A stretch of DNA of 63,988 bases, filler included, from Barthelona sp. PAP020 (GCA_040182905.1; 6 parts of 6 records of this genome joined end to end with filler, not necessarily neighbours in it), one strand, 5' to 3'. Positions 22,295 to 33,427 are shown, counted from the first letter of the whole stretch. A program made the numbers and translations. The notes: generated by a model from the letters alone, not told the origin.

Positions 22295-22405
22295 AGCATG
22301 ACACATGAGTCAGGGGCTCCAATCGTTTTCGTAGGCACAGGTCAGCAATACCAAGACATAAAGAGACTTAATCCAAACCAAATTGTAAATTTATTGCTCA
22401 GTTGA
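22295..22405 (+). CDS. SRPRA: C-terminal fragment of SRP receptor alpha GTPase (not in ORF track)
   Basis: Manual translation SMTHESGAPIVFVGTGQQYQDIKRLNPNQIVNLLLS* matches the SRalpha end motif PIVFVGTGQxYxDL. Confidence 0.85.
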   Translation, partial: SMTHESGAPIVFVGTGQQYQDIKRLNPNQIVNLLLS

Positions 22406-22768
22406 GCATTATTTCTCGTTTTTTTTTTTTTTTTAAGGTAAAATAAACAAAAATTTGAATTATTTATAACTGAATAAAATAATGAAACCACAAATGGTGA
22501 GACGAACTTGAAAGTTATGGAAAACTCTTCTCTTCTTTTCTTTTATTACACTGTTCGTTATACCAATGAAATTTGAATAAATTTCCTCTTTTTTTCAAGT
22601 ATTTCAACAAATGAACTCTACAGTTGCAAAACTTCTCAAAATTCAACAATTCTTTTGATATTTCAAAATTAAACTATATACAGTCAAGAATCTTTAATTT
22701 ATTAAAAAAACACCTCATAAAAGAAGCTAAAAATAAAAATAGTTTTTTTTTCTCATTTTCTTTATATT

Positions 22769-24799
22769 ATGGTCATTACTGACACTGATATTCGTGCATC
22801 ATGGAATTTGGCACATCATGATGGATTATATCATCTAAATTTGGACAAAGAAGAAATATCACGATATTTGAATGCCATTTATTGCATTTATGATTCTATT
22901 TTGAGTCAAGAAGACATGGAAACATCTGCGTTTTTACCATATAAACAAGAGTTAATTGATATATTTACAGATTTTACATCTGCAATTGTCGATAATGACA
23001 ATAAGAGATGTGCATGTTGTAAGAATGATGCCTTGGTTTTAGATAAATGTAATGAATTGAAACAATTTTTATCACAATTGTGTGTAAGGATATCTAAATC
23101 TAATAATTTTGTTTATGGCAAATTTTCATTACGAGTTGAAGATGCTGAATTTTATTCCAAATTTGTAAGTGAACCTACACAAGAAGAAATGGCAAAAGAA
23201 GTAAAAGAATATTTTGATGTGGATATAAAAGTAGCCCGATCATTAACAGAACGTTTTGGAGAGCCCAATGCGGTTACTGAATCAAATTTATGCGCTTTTA
23301 GTGCTATTACTCCATTGAGAGCCATATTAGCATGTCAAAACATACCATTAGTTGATATTTTCACTGTTCCACTCAGTTCCTTGACTAATGTGCATAATTT
23401 AGGGAAAATTATGAAAATTGAGCCTGGTGAACAACCTGTAGTATTTGAACAATCCATTTGTGCACTTATTCCACTTCCTGAAGATGAACATACACTCCAA
23501 ATTTTTTCTAACAGATTGTTTCAAAGTCCTATTGTTTCTTTAGGACGTGTTGTTGCTCGTGTATCGCGATCTGGGCGAGATGTTGGACTTTTGATGGAAT
23601 ATTCATCGATATCGTTGGATATATCTTTAGTTGATGATCCAGAACGTGGTTCTGATTTGGCTTTTAATATTGTCGATGGTTTGCATCATTTGCATGAACA
23701 AGGTATTGCACATGGTGGTTTGTGCCCTCGTTGTGTGAAATTACGCAGTGATGGAAGTGCGTTTTTAATTCCTTTCAACATCTTTCAGCAGCCTGTTGAA
23801 TATGCTGATCCTTATCTCATGATGAACGATAATGATTGGATGAATGTTCAAATGATGGCTGATATCTATGCTTTGGGAGTATTGATAAAACAAATGTGTG
23901 GTGATGCTATGAATGAAATTGCAGATAGATGCTTGAATGACGTTGATAACAGACCTTCAATTCATGAGGTGTTAGGTTATTTCCAGAAGAACTCCAGAAA
24001 AATGAATCGATCTTTTTCTTTAGACGATTTAAATACCTCTGAAAAGTCAAAGAAAGTCAAGACCAATTTAGAAAAGCATCTTTATTTTTTAAGACGTTCT
24101 GATGCAAGTGTACAACAGATAAGAGATGCGATTTTATTTTTAAAGAAAGCAGATATTGATGTTGAAACTTTTTCGACAAATGAAATAGCAAGATTATCGT
24201 TGAGAACGTTAGAAACATGGATGGAGATTCAGATTCAGATTTCAATATTGGAGTTCATTTGTGAGATGTGTTTCAAGGATAAAAGTCAGCAAATCATTAA
24301 CTTGTTTGTTCAACAGGATATTGTTTGGAAAGTAACAAATGTTTTCAGACGAAGTAGTAACGATGATTTCTTCATAATTTTTTATTGCATGTTGCTTTTT
24401 AGCATTTTGCTTGAAAATTGCTCTGGACAAATTAAAGAAGATTTCATCAAAAGTGAAACTGTTAATGTTTGTATTGAAAGATTACAACAAGCCCCTCTAT
24501 CACAAAAGATGATAGCTTTGTGTTTTCAAGCTTTTTCAAGTGCTATAAAGCAAGATTTGATTCAAAATGTTAGTGACTTCTCCAAATCCTTATTATTTCA
24601 ATTTCCTCACCTTTGTTTTGAACGTTTAGATGATCTTATTGATTTTTTACCTGTTTTAAAAGAATTTTTGGATACTTCATCCTTTCAAATGATTGGAAAG
24701 GTAATTTTAAACAGATTAAATATTTTAGAAAAAGAAGTTCAAAATTTAGATGTAGATTTACAAATTTTTCAGGATATTAGAGACTTTTTGACCCAGTAA
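22769..24799 (+). CDS. Pseudokinase with C-terminal helical (ARM-like) region
   Basis: GLLMEY, IVDGLHHLHEQGIAHGGLCPRCV, YADP, ADIYALG, RCL..RPSIHEVL kinase C-lobe with HRD and DFG lost. Confidence 0.75.
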   Translation: MVITDTDIRASWNLAHHDGLYHLNLDKEEISRYLNAIYCIYDSILSQEDMETSAFLPYKQELIDIFTDFTSAIVDNDNKRCACCKNDALVLDKCNELKQFLSQLCVRISKSNNFVYGKFSLRVEDAEFYSKFVSEPTQEEMAKEVKEYFDVDIKVARSLTERFGEPNAVTESNLCAFSAITPLRAILACQNIPLVDIFTVPLSSLTNVHNLGKIMKIEPGEQPVVFEQSICALIPLPEDEHTLQIFSNRLFQSPIVSLGRVVARVSRSGRDVGLLMEYSSISLDISLVDDPERGSDLAFNIVDGLHHLHEQGIAHGGLCPRCVKLRSDGSAFLIPFNIFQQPVEYADPYLMMNDNDWMNVQMMADIYALGVLIKQMCGDAMNEIADRCLNDVDNRPSIHEVLGYFQKNSRKMNRSFSLDDLNTSEKSKKVKTNLEKHLYFLRRSDASVQQIRDAILFLKKADIDVETFSTNEIARLSLRTLETWMEIQIQISILEFICEMCFKDKSQQIINLFVQQDIVWKVTNVFRRSSNDDFFIIFYCMLLFSILLENCSGQIKEDFIKSETVNVCIERLQQAPLSQKMIALCFQAFSSAIKQDLIQNVSDFSKSLLFQFPHLCFERLDDLIDFLPVLKEFLDTSSFQMIGKVILNRLNILEKEVQNLDVDLQIFQDIRDFLTQ

Positions 24800-25124
24800 T
24801 TTTCATCTTTCTCATTTTGATCTTATTTCATTCAAGGTTTAACTTTTTTTTTTCAAATTTTTTACAATTGTAAAATTTACCCCATAAACAATAAATTTTT
24901 CGAGTTTTTATAAATTTTTCTTTCTTTATTTCTTTTTTTTTTTAAGTTTTGCACAAATATATATTTAAAATCTTTAATTTTTCACAGTATCATTGTTTAT
25001 ACACCTGTTTAAAAGAAAAAAAAAAGGCCAAAAAAACACAACAAAAAAAATATGTACAAAATTTATTATGGCCATTTTTGATGCTTATTAACTCTTTTTC
25101 ATTATACTTTTGATATGTCAACAT

Positions 25125-28016
25125 CTACTGTCTTGGAATTCCCCAAACCTCAATACAATCTGCGAAAAATTCGGTTTCATCAAATAAAACATTGTTAAAC
25201 TTTGGATTTAAAAAGTCTGTGTGCCCAAAAAAGTGACCTACATTTAAATTAACCAATAAATTATCATGTATCCAAAGATCTTGATTTGTTTGATTCCCCC
25301 AAATTAGATCATTCATTGTACTATATAAACCATTGCCATAAGATTCAATAGGGTTTAATCTCACGCCTTTAGTTAGTGAAAAGATAAATGATCTTGATAT
25401 TAACACAGAAGAATTGAGTTTAAACTTTTTGAAACTATATCCACCAAAGATTTCGGTTCCTTTTTTAATCAATACTAGATAATGACCATTTTTAGAAGAT
25501 TGAATGTTATTTTGCATCTGTCGCACAGAATGTTCTTCATTTGTTGAATCATAGATACATATTGGCAACACTGGAATTTTACGTATTGAATTCAAAAGCA
25601 AAATTCTTTTTAAACTTGGATTGTTAAGAATTTTTGATGATGCAAAGCAATCGTTGAATAATTGCTCATCAATTGTAAGTCCTTCTTCAATAATTCTAGA
25701 AACATCAGCCATTTTAACAACACGACTGGTTGTAATCTTGGTTTCAGTAAGATCAGATGTGACATACTCATTTAGTATGGAATTATGAGAAAAAGAAGGA
25801 TTAGATAGAGAAGAAGGTTGAATAGATGGTTGAGTAGATGGTTGAGTAGATGGTTGAGTAGATGATTGGGAAATAGACACAGAAGTATTGGTTATCTCAA
25901 TATTATTCTTTGGAATCTCTATATCATTATCAACACTAAAATTCTCTTGTTCTGCTTTCATAAATGCTGGAACAGATCTTTGTAAAGAGGGTTGAAATTG
26001 TTTTGGAAGTGGCTTGGTTTCAAAAATCGGTGAATTCCTCATCATCAAATTAGCTTCAATCTTTGCCTCTGTCTCAGCATCAATTTCAAAATTGTTTTGG
26101 TTTTGGCTTGTGTAATTATCTAAGTTTACATTTAAACCAATGCTTGACATGGGAGTGTTGTCAGCAGCATCATGAATGACATCAATATTGGTATTGTTAA
26201 TATCAGTTGAAAAGGAGGATAAGGCATTTCCATTAAAATTGAATAATGTTGTTTTTGATTGATTTTGAGGCGAAAATTGAGACATATGACCAGAAAAACT
26301 GTTTTTATTACCATTATTCATTGTCGAAATATTTATAGGGGTAGATGGTGTGAAACGATCATTGACAAATGGTGATGAACCATTTTGAATGGATTCTGGA
26401 GTGTAATTTACATTCTCTGCTACAGATGATGAACCTAATTCTTCTAACAATGATTTCATATTTTTCTTAACCATATTGTTAGCAGAATCATAAAGATTTC
26501 CTTTAGAATCAACATTTCTATTTAAACCTAAAGGATTTTTCAAAGGAGTATTTGAACTAGCAATAAACGGAATGTTTGAATTGAGGTTTCTATCAATACT
26601 AAATGCTGCTTGTTGATTATCAAGATTAGGAAAATCTTGTTTAATATTTAAATCATCCAGCAAAGGTAAATCGTTTGCTGAATTCAACAAATGTTGCGAA
26701 AAATTATGATGATCTTTTATTATTTTTAAAAAGTCTACTGAATTCTTGTGTAACCTGGCAAATTTCAAAAAATCGCTTGAATAGTTAATTTCATCAATTC
26801 TACCAATACAATTAGCAGAATCTGAATGTATAATGGCTAGTTTTTCTTCTAAAATCTTCTTTAATCTGGTTTTTTCCATTTCATACGCAATAGTCAATTC
26901 TTCAAGTGATTTTTCATAAAATTGCTGAACTTCAATCTCTTTTCGATCATAACCTTTCAAAATAGTTACTATATAATTGCAAATCCTATCCAATTCTTCA
27001 TGATTACCATCATAACCACCATTTTGATAAAACTCCCGAATCTTTATCAATTTGTGGTCAATTAAAGTGGCATGACTCCCATACATCTTGCATTCAATGC
27101 AAACAGGTTTACAACAAGTTGTACAAAAAAAACTAATCAATTGATTGGGATGATCAGGACAAGTTCCAAACGCTTCTCTTTCATCAACTGGAACTCGTGA
27201 ATGATTACGTAAAAATGATTTATCATGAAACTCCAAATCACAGGTATCACAAAAATTAGCTTGACAAACTTTACAATGTATAGTTGCATCACGTACGCGA
27301 CCAGCTTCATTGCACAAATCACATTTCGGTCTCACATGTCTTTCAGACCCCATGGGATCATATTCAAAATCTATTAGATAACAAGGAAGTACTTGTGAAG
27401 TACTTTTAATCCCATACTCACGATAATACAATTGATTCGATATATAACGTCCTTCGCCAGTCTTTAACCATTTTTGTTCAGGATTGGAACGATCATATCG
27501 TTGATATTTATCTGAATCATACATTATTGAATCAAACTCTTTTAAATTGGCCCAATTATGATATAATTTTTGAAAAGTATTCATTGTTCCATTGTTAATC
27601 TCTTCGTCTTCAAGTTGAGAATTATATGCAAATGATCTACCAGTAAATATTTTGCATAATAGAATTTTAAACTTTTTTTTTCCACTAAAACTCATTTGAC
27701 TATCTAAACTTAATCCACCAACTCCAAAACGTCGTGATTGAATATCGAATGCACTAAAATTATTAGTTAATATGGAATCTATTTCATTTGCATTCATTTT
27801 GGTAACATCAATCCAAGAATCATAAATATATCTACCTTTTGTTTGATTTATAAATGTATTTTCTAATTCAGGTCTTAAAATATTGCGAATTTCATTGACA
27901 ACAATGTCAAAACTCAATAATGCAGTGTTCAATCTGTAGCAAACTTCAAAAAATTCAGCATCATCATGTTCAAGTTTTTTAAATTCATTAACTGAAATAT
28001 TTGATGAATAGTTCAT
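25125..28016 (-). CDS. PARP-like N-terminal domain, two B-boxes, coiled coil and C-terminal TLDc domain
   Basis: ILLCKIFTGRS..FDS..REYGIKSTSQVLPCYLIDF; CDLC..CKVCQANFCDTCDLEFH..H; CPDH..FFCTTCCKPVCIEC..H..H; IFGGYS..SFIFSL..IEVWG. Confidence 0.75.
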   Translation of the reverse strand: MNYSSNISVNEFKKLEHDDAEFFEVCYRLNTALLSFDIVVNEIRNILRPELENTFINQTKGRYIYDSWIDVTKMNANEIDSILTNNFSAFDIQSRRFGVGGLSLDSQMSFSGKKKFKILLCKIFTGRSFAYNSQLEDEEINNGTMNTFQKLYHNWANLKEFDSIMYDSDKYQRYDRSNPEQKWLKTGEGRYISNQLYYREYGIKSTSQVLPCYLIDFEYDPMGSERHVRPKCDLCNEAGRVRDATIHCKVCQANFCDTCDLEFHDKSFLRNHSRVPVDEREAFGTCPDHPNQLISFFCTTCCKPVCIECKMYGSHATLIDHKLIKIREFYQNGGYDGNHEELDRICNYIVTILKGYDRKEIEVQQFYEKSLEELTIAYEMEKTRLKKILEEKLAIIHSDSANCIGRIDEINYSSDFLKFARLHKNSVDFLKIIKDHHNFSQHLLNSANDLPLLDDLNIKQDFPNLDNQQAAFSIDRNLNSNIPFIASSNTPLKNPLGLNRNVDSKGNLYDSANNMVKKNMKSLLEELGSSSVAENVNYTPESIQNGSSPFVNDRFTPSTPINISTMNNGNKNSFSGHMSQFSPQNQSKTTLFNFNGNALSSFSTDINNTNIDVIHDAADNTPMSSIGLNVNLDNYTSQNQNNFEIDAETEAKIEANLMMRNSPIFETKPLPKQFQPSLQRSVPAFMKAEQENFSVDNDIEIPKNNIEITNTSVSISQSSTQPSTQPSTQPSIQPSSLSNPSFSHNSILNEYVTSDLTETKITTSRVVKMADVSRIIEEGLTIDEQLFNDCFASSKILNNPSLKRILLLNSIRKIPVLPICIYDSTNEEHSVRQMQNNIQSSKNGHYLVLIKKGTEIFGGYSFKKFKLNSSVLISRSFIFSLTKGVRLNPIESYGNGLYSTMNDLIWGNQTNQDLWIHDNLLVNLNVGHFFGHTDFLNPKFNNVLFDETEFFADCIEVWGIPRQ
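25816..25863. repeat. Coding 12-nt tandem repeat, 4 copies (STQP/SIQP)
   Basis: GGTTGA(A/G)TAGAT x4 inside the B-box/TLDc gene. Confidence 0.9.
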
Positions 28017-28307
28017 TTAAAAAAAAATAGTAAAAACCGAAGAAATTCACTTCAGTTTTTAAAGTCAAAAGCAGTATTTTACCCGAAATTTCTACATTAT
28101 TTCACAAAACATATGTTTATATTATTATAATGGTGATAAATATTGAATAAATATGGGATAAATATGTAGTTTAATAACTTTTCAATTTCCAAATTTATTA
28201 TTAGCTAAATATATAGTTTATTAAAGTTATAAATTAACAAACCTTGAATGAAATATGTTTTTTTGAATTAATTTTTGTTTTAAATTTTTTTTTTTCATAA
28301 TTTTATA

Positions 28308-31300
28308 ATGACTGCTGAACCTTCAGTTGTTGAGTTACGAAGACGACGAATGATGTTAAATGAGCAACAGAAAGCTCAACAACTATTGGTTGAAAAACGA
28401 CGTGAAGAATTATTTCTTGATTCTTTGTTGAAAAAATCAAACAAAGAATTAGAAATGGCTGAAGAGATTTATAAAGTTTCAAGAACAACTGAAATAATGG
28501 AAGAAAAAAGGAAACAAAGGTTAATTGAAAAAGAAGAACAAAAAAAATTGTTATCCCACAAACGAAAAGAAGCTGCATTATTACGATTGAAAACTTTAAA
28601 AGAAACTGTTGAAAAAGAAAAAGAGGAATCTTTAGTTGAGATGAATAGATTACGTGAACAACATGCAATTAAAGTTCATCAAGAAAACGTCAATTTTATT
28701 CAATTATTCTTGCAAGATTATTTTTCTTTTTTTAATAACTTTGCTGATCATTATGAAGCTACAAAAACGTCTAAAGTATCACCTATCTCCATAAAAGAAT
28801 GGAAAAATTTGTTAATGTTAGGAAATGATGCGTATAAAGATGATGAAGCAATGCTTGAAGATCTATTGGATGAAAAGAATTATTTTGATTTTACAAAAAT
28901 GCAAAACGAATGGAATTTCAAAAATTTTAAAAATTTCAAAAAGATTGAAGACACAGAAGTGACAGAAGTGACAGAAACAACAGAGGAAAAAGAAGAGGAT
29001 ATCGATGCAGATTTTCCTGGGTCAGAGAATCAGTCTTTTGCAAATATTTTGAGTTCATTGTATCGTTTAGTTAAACCAAATACCATCATTGAAACACCGC
29101 CTTCTATGTATAATTTTCCATTGAAAATAGCTTTGCTAGGATATGACTTTTCGGGAAAGAGTGAATTAGCAGAATTTCTTGCAAGTAGATTTTTTTTACA
29201 TGTTTTTAAAATGAATGAATTGATTGATGAAGCTATTGAATCAAGTAAAATGTTAGAAATGTCAACGATTGATTTTGCAAATGATTTTTCTCCAATACTT
29301 CTTGATGATGTAGAAGATTTAAAGATAGATAATGATTTTGAAAGATACAATGTACAAATGGGCAGATTAGGCTTATACATAAGACATTTCCAAGAAGAAA
29401 ATCAAAGTATTCCTGATGTTGTGTTAGCAAATATCGTTTATATTGCCAGTGCATATTTGCCTTTGAAATATAAAGATAAAAAAATAAATCATGATGAAAA
29501 GAGAGTTTGTAACGTAATTATTGATGATGAAATTCCTTTAGGATGGGTTATTGAAGGATTTCCTTCTAATCCCCAACAAATAGAAGCAATAAATAATATT
29601 TTTAATGGTTTTAAAAAAGATTCCTGTAAGAGAGACTTTTTCGATGGGTTATTTGCTTACGATGTATTAAGTGACACAGTAATTGATTACTGTACACATT
29701 TGTACGTTAATAAAAACGATAAAATTGTAAATATAGATGATTTATCTGAAATTAATGAAAAAGATACCTTCAGACCTTTTGTTGATCCCCAAATATTGAC
29801 TGAAAGTTTGGAAAAATATGATATAATTTTATCAAATATAGAGAAGGAAGGAGGTAATATTTTCCATCAATTTTCTAAAGAAAATAAAGAAGAAATGAAA
29901 AATATCAGATGTGTTGATTATTATGAGGAAACTGAAGAACAGATATTTAGGATTTTGAAAAATGCTGAATTAAAGGAGAGTGTTGAAGAAAGATGTAAAG
30001 AAATGGAAGTTTGGGATGTTTATTCATGTGATATTGATGAAATAGAGGCTTCTCTTATTAAAAAAGAACAAAGTGTTGAAGAGGATGGTGATAAAGACAA
30101 TCAAGCAACAATTGAAAAGAAACACTATGGTATTGAAGCAGAAGAAGCTCAAAAATTGTTAGAACTATGGGAAGAGACGGATAATGTGTATAATAAAGCA
30201 ATAAAGAAGAGCTTTTCTATCCTCAGGAACAATAAACAAACATTGATTGAAAAAGTTTATGAAATACAGGACAAATTTAGAAAGTTGATTGTGGAAGTAG
30301 TTCCCATTAATAAGAATTTACATGAGTTTCAAAAACAATTTAATGAAGTTGAACATGAATTGAGAGCCAATGAGCAAGTCAAAGAGGAATTGAAGAAACA
30401 AACAACTGAATTAAGGTGTTCTATATATGAAATTTTAGATCAACGCAGAGAAGAGCTATTTGCTGAAAAGAAAAAGATAATTACATCTCAATTGTTTAAA
30501 AATGTTGTAAGTATTGTTGGTAGTAGCTATTGTGATATTGTCCGTGTTGAAATCATACGTCTGAGAACAATAATTGATTTAATTAACCAATATAAGGGAT
30601 ATTTAATCTGTGAAACACCTGTAGAGCTCTTGGAAGCTTTTGCTATGCCTTCAGAAACTAAAAGTAAAGGTAAAACTAATGATAAAAGTAATAAAACAAA
30701 AGCAGGGGACAAAAAAAAGAAAGGCCAAGAAGAATCCATTCTAAATTATGATGTTTGTGCTGAGATTTCTTTTACTTATCCTACTCTAAACGAAGCTTTT
30801 GATGTTGCCCTGCAACAAGCTGATTCAATCACTGAATTGAAAGAAGCTTTGTTACAAGCACCTTTCGAAAACTTGGAAGAATTTGCTAAAGATTGTTTTA
30901 TGTCTTTGGAAATCGAAAGAATTTTGGTGAAAAAGAGATTAACTTTGTTAAATTATTTGAGCAATTGTGATTTTGAGGCAATTGAAGCCCAAGCGAAGGC
31001 ATTGGAAGAATATTTCAATGATTTGCTCATTAAACAGTATTTGCATGATGTTCAACAAGTTAAAGGTTTAGTGGCTCATGTATTTGATCATATTACCGAT
31101 GAGTCACCTCTTGGAGAAGCTCTTTATTTCAATAACGAACACAAATTGATTGTAGACGATTCAAAGGAATTATCAGCTCTTCCAGAACCCAAAGAACTGT
31201 CTTGGATAGTGCCAGTTGATGATTTTGAATTTTCGGATGATCAATTAAAGCTTTTCATGTGTGAAATTAGAAATTTCAAAGGTTATAATAAAAAAATGGT

Positions 31301-31970
31301 GCATATTGAAGATTTAGCTCAATGGATGTATAAATTAAGCCATAATCAAACAGAGACACCTATTTTACCCGGTAAATATCACAACTTATCAATGAATCAA
31401 ATTAAGAAGATGCTCAATTCTTTGAATCACAAGAATAATCTCATTGACTGGAAATTATTCGTAATTAGATTTTTAAATAGGGAATTGATATGTTTAAATG
31501 ATGATATTAAACTCGACTTGGGGTTATTTATTGATTTTGATGGAACCAAAGACTCTTTGAGAATGCCAATTTTGATAAAGGACATTTTCTACGAATTACT
31601 AGCAGATCCGAATGAAAGTATCAGCAGAACAAAGCTGTTCTTGTATCTATCTCATGTTGAAGAATCCAGTTTGGAAAGCTTTAAGAACATTTGGAGTAAT
31701 CTTGAGATTATTAATGGTTTCAACAACAGTTTATCAAAACAATGCTGCAATGAAATTATTAATTTTGCTGTTGAACCCTTGAATGATACACAGCTTGACA
31801 GATTGTATGATCAATTGTTCATTACCTTTGAAGAGTTTGCTGGTTTACCATTTGGTCACAACCTTATTCGCACTTTCAAAAGGTTCATGCATAAGCATTA
31901 TTCCATTCAGACAGTGAATCCTCCAGAATTATCATTTACAATGACAACAGAAGATATTCACACTAATTAG
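28308..31970 (+). CDS. SPEF2: SPEF2/CPC1-like flagellar central-pair protein with adenylate-kinase-like domain
   Basis: Coiled coil, then KIALLGYDFSGKS, IPDVVL, GWVIEGFP, helical region and late EF-hand-like IDWKLF. Confidence 0.7.
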   Translation: MTAEPSVVELRRRRMMLNEQQKAQQLLVEKRREELFLDSLLKKSNKELEMAEEIYKVSRTTEIMEEKRKQRLIEKEEQKKLLSHKRKEAALLRLKTLKETVEKEKEESLVEMNRLREQHAIKVHQENVNFIQLFLQDYFSFFNNFADHYEATKTSKVSPISIKEWKNLLMLGNDAYKDDEAMLEDLLDEKNYFDFTKMQNEWNFKNFKNFKKIEDTEVTEVTETTEEKEEDIDADFPGSENQSFANILSSLYRLVKPNTIIETPPSMYNFPLKIALLGYDFSGKSELAEFLASRFFLHVFKMNELIDEAIESSKMLEMSTIDFANDFSPILLDDVEDLKIDNDFERYNVQMGRLGLYIRHFQEENQSIPDVVLANIVYIASAYLPLKYKDKKINHDEKRVCNVIIDDEIPLGWVIEGFPSNPQQIEAINNIFNGFKKDSCKRDFFDGLFAYDVLSDTVIDYCTHLYVNKNDKIVNIDDLSEINEKDTFRPFVDPQILTESLEKYDIILSNIEKEGGNIFHQFSKENKEEMKNIRCVDYYEETEEQIFRILKNAELKESVEERCKEMEVWDVYSCDIDEIEASLIKKEQSVEEDGDKDNQATIEKKHYGIEAEEAQKLLELWEETDNVYNKAIKKSFSILRNNKQTLIEKVYEIQDKFRKLIVEVVPINKNLHEFQKQFNEVEHELRANEQVKEELKKQTTELRCSIYEILDQRREELFAEKKKIITSQLFKNVVSIVGSSYCDIVRVEIIRLRTIIDLINQYKGYLICETPVELLEAFAMPSETKSKGKTNDKSNKTKAGDKKKKGQEESILNYDVCAEISFTYPTLNEAFDVALQQADSITELKEALLQAPFENLEEFAKDCFMSLEIERILVKKRLTLLNYLSNCDFEAIEAQAKALEEYFNDLLIKQYLHDVQQVKGLVAHVFDHITDESPLGEALYFNNEHKLIVDDSKELSALPEPKELSWIVPVDDFEFSDDQLKLFMCEIRNFKGYNKKMVHIEDLAQWMYKLSHNQTETPILPGKYHNLSMNQIKKMLNSLNHKNNLIDWKLFVIRFLNRELICLNDDIKLDLGLFIDFDGTKDSLRMPILIKDIFYELLADPNESISRTKLFLYLSHVEESSLESFKNIWSNLEIINGFNNSLSKQCCNEIINFAVEPLNDTQLDRLYDQLFITFEEFAGLPFGHNLIRTFKRFMHKHYSIQTVNPPELSFTMTTEDIHTN

Positions 31971-32027
31971 CTCTCAATTTGCAGAAAAAAGTGTTGTTTG
32001 TGTAAAACTTGTTAAAAAAGAAATTTT

Positions 32028-32256
32028 TTATTTCCAAGCTAAGAAGCACTGTGCGTATGAGTAAATAAAAAAGAATGGTGTTTATTTCGTTAAAGGTTTT
32101 TGAGGCCCGATTGATATGTTGAAAAACTTTAGATTTTCTAAGGTAATGTTTAAACTTTAAAAGTTTGCTTCTGCAAAAATTTCTCCAGTGTCTGGATCTC
32201 ACACCATGAGTTTTTCCGAAATTCACTAAAATGATTCTTTGGGTTCTTTTTCACTA
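32028..32256 (+). repeat. Dispersed structured repeat, copy A (module a, partial b, degenerate c end)
   Basis: 32028-32180 aligns by eye with 54910-55062 and with the reverse complement of 56703-56798 plus 56977-57026. Confidence 0.85.
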
Positions 32257-32882
32257 TAAACAAGTTTATGTCACTACTGGAGCAAAGTATCAGGCCACTT
32301 TTATCTTTTCTATATCAATTGTTGGAGTCCAACACAACAAGAACAAAAAATATTGACAAAAAATGATGTTGATTTTATTAGTTAAATTGAAGGTCGTCAC
32401 ACTAACAACATTAGAGACTCTCATTGAAGAAGTGAAAAAGGTTTCATCAATGGAAGAAAAACTGGAAATTTGATTCCACATATGGCACTCTTGCAAGTTT
32501 AATTTGTGAATTTCGTGATTAAAAATATGTCAACGCCATCATTACATCAACAAATCTGTGAAAATGAATTGGAACAATGTCTTTTGTTAAAAATATTCGA
32601 ACAAACATCATTATGACAAACTTTCAGAATTGTGTGACATTTTGGCAATGTTTAAATCAATATCGTAAGTTCAATTGGATGCATTAATTCGAAAATGGAG
32701 GTCTCAAGAAAGAATCAAAAACACATTGAAAAAAATATCACATACTAGTCTACTTAATCTACTTATTTCATTTTGACAACAACAGAATTAAAACAACGAC
32801 TGATTGTTCCGGAAAAATATTATAAACTTTTTTTGAAAGATCAATTTTTCTTTAGCTTTTTTTAATTTCTTTTTTACACACA

Positions 32883-33327
32883 ATGATTGTTAACACTGAT
32901 ATTGCATACCTTAGAAAGATAATTGAACTGAAAGAAAAGGAAGTTGACATTATTTTTGTTGCAAACTGGCGATCAAAGGGTAAGAATCGAATACCCAATC
33001 AAGAATCATTCACAGAGATTATGAATTCTTTGAAACCTACCGAAATTCTTGGATCTACCTTTAAAATACTTGATCACGTTTTTGCAACAGGAGCATTTGG
33101 ATACTTAAGCACCGCTGAAAAATACGGAATTGTTCATATCATCAAGTTTTTTCACAAGAAGCCTGCAGAACATGATTTCCTCAAAGAATGTGTGCCAATG
33201 GCATTGCATCATCCTTGCATTCGTCAAATTCATGGTGTGACCACAATAAATGGCAAGACTGGGATAGTTATGGAATTTTGTGATTCAGTTCTAGAACATG
33301 AAATACCCAAACTTTCGTTGATGGAAA
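32883..33327 (+). CDS. Protein kinase N-lobe, 3'-truncated by contig end
   Basis: FATGAFGYL, IIKFF, DFLKEC, LHHPCIRQIHG, GIVMEFC. Confidence 0.8.
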
Positions 33328-33427
33328 NNNNNNNNNNNNNNNNNNNNNNNNNNNNNNNNNNNNNNNNNNNNTTAATTAATTAANNNNNNNNNNNNNNNNN
33401 NNNNNNNNNNNNNNNNNNNNNNNNNNN
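33328..33427. other. Artificial contig-joining linker
   Basis: 100 nt N/TTAATTAATTAA/N. Confidence 0.98.
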
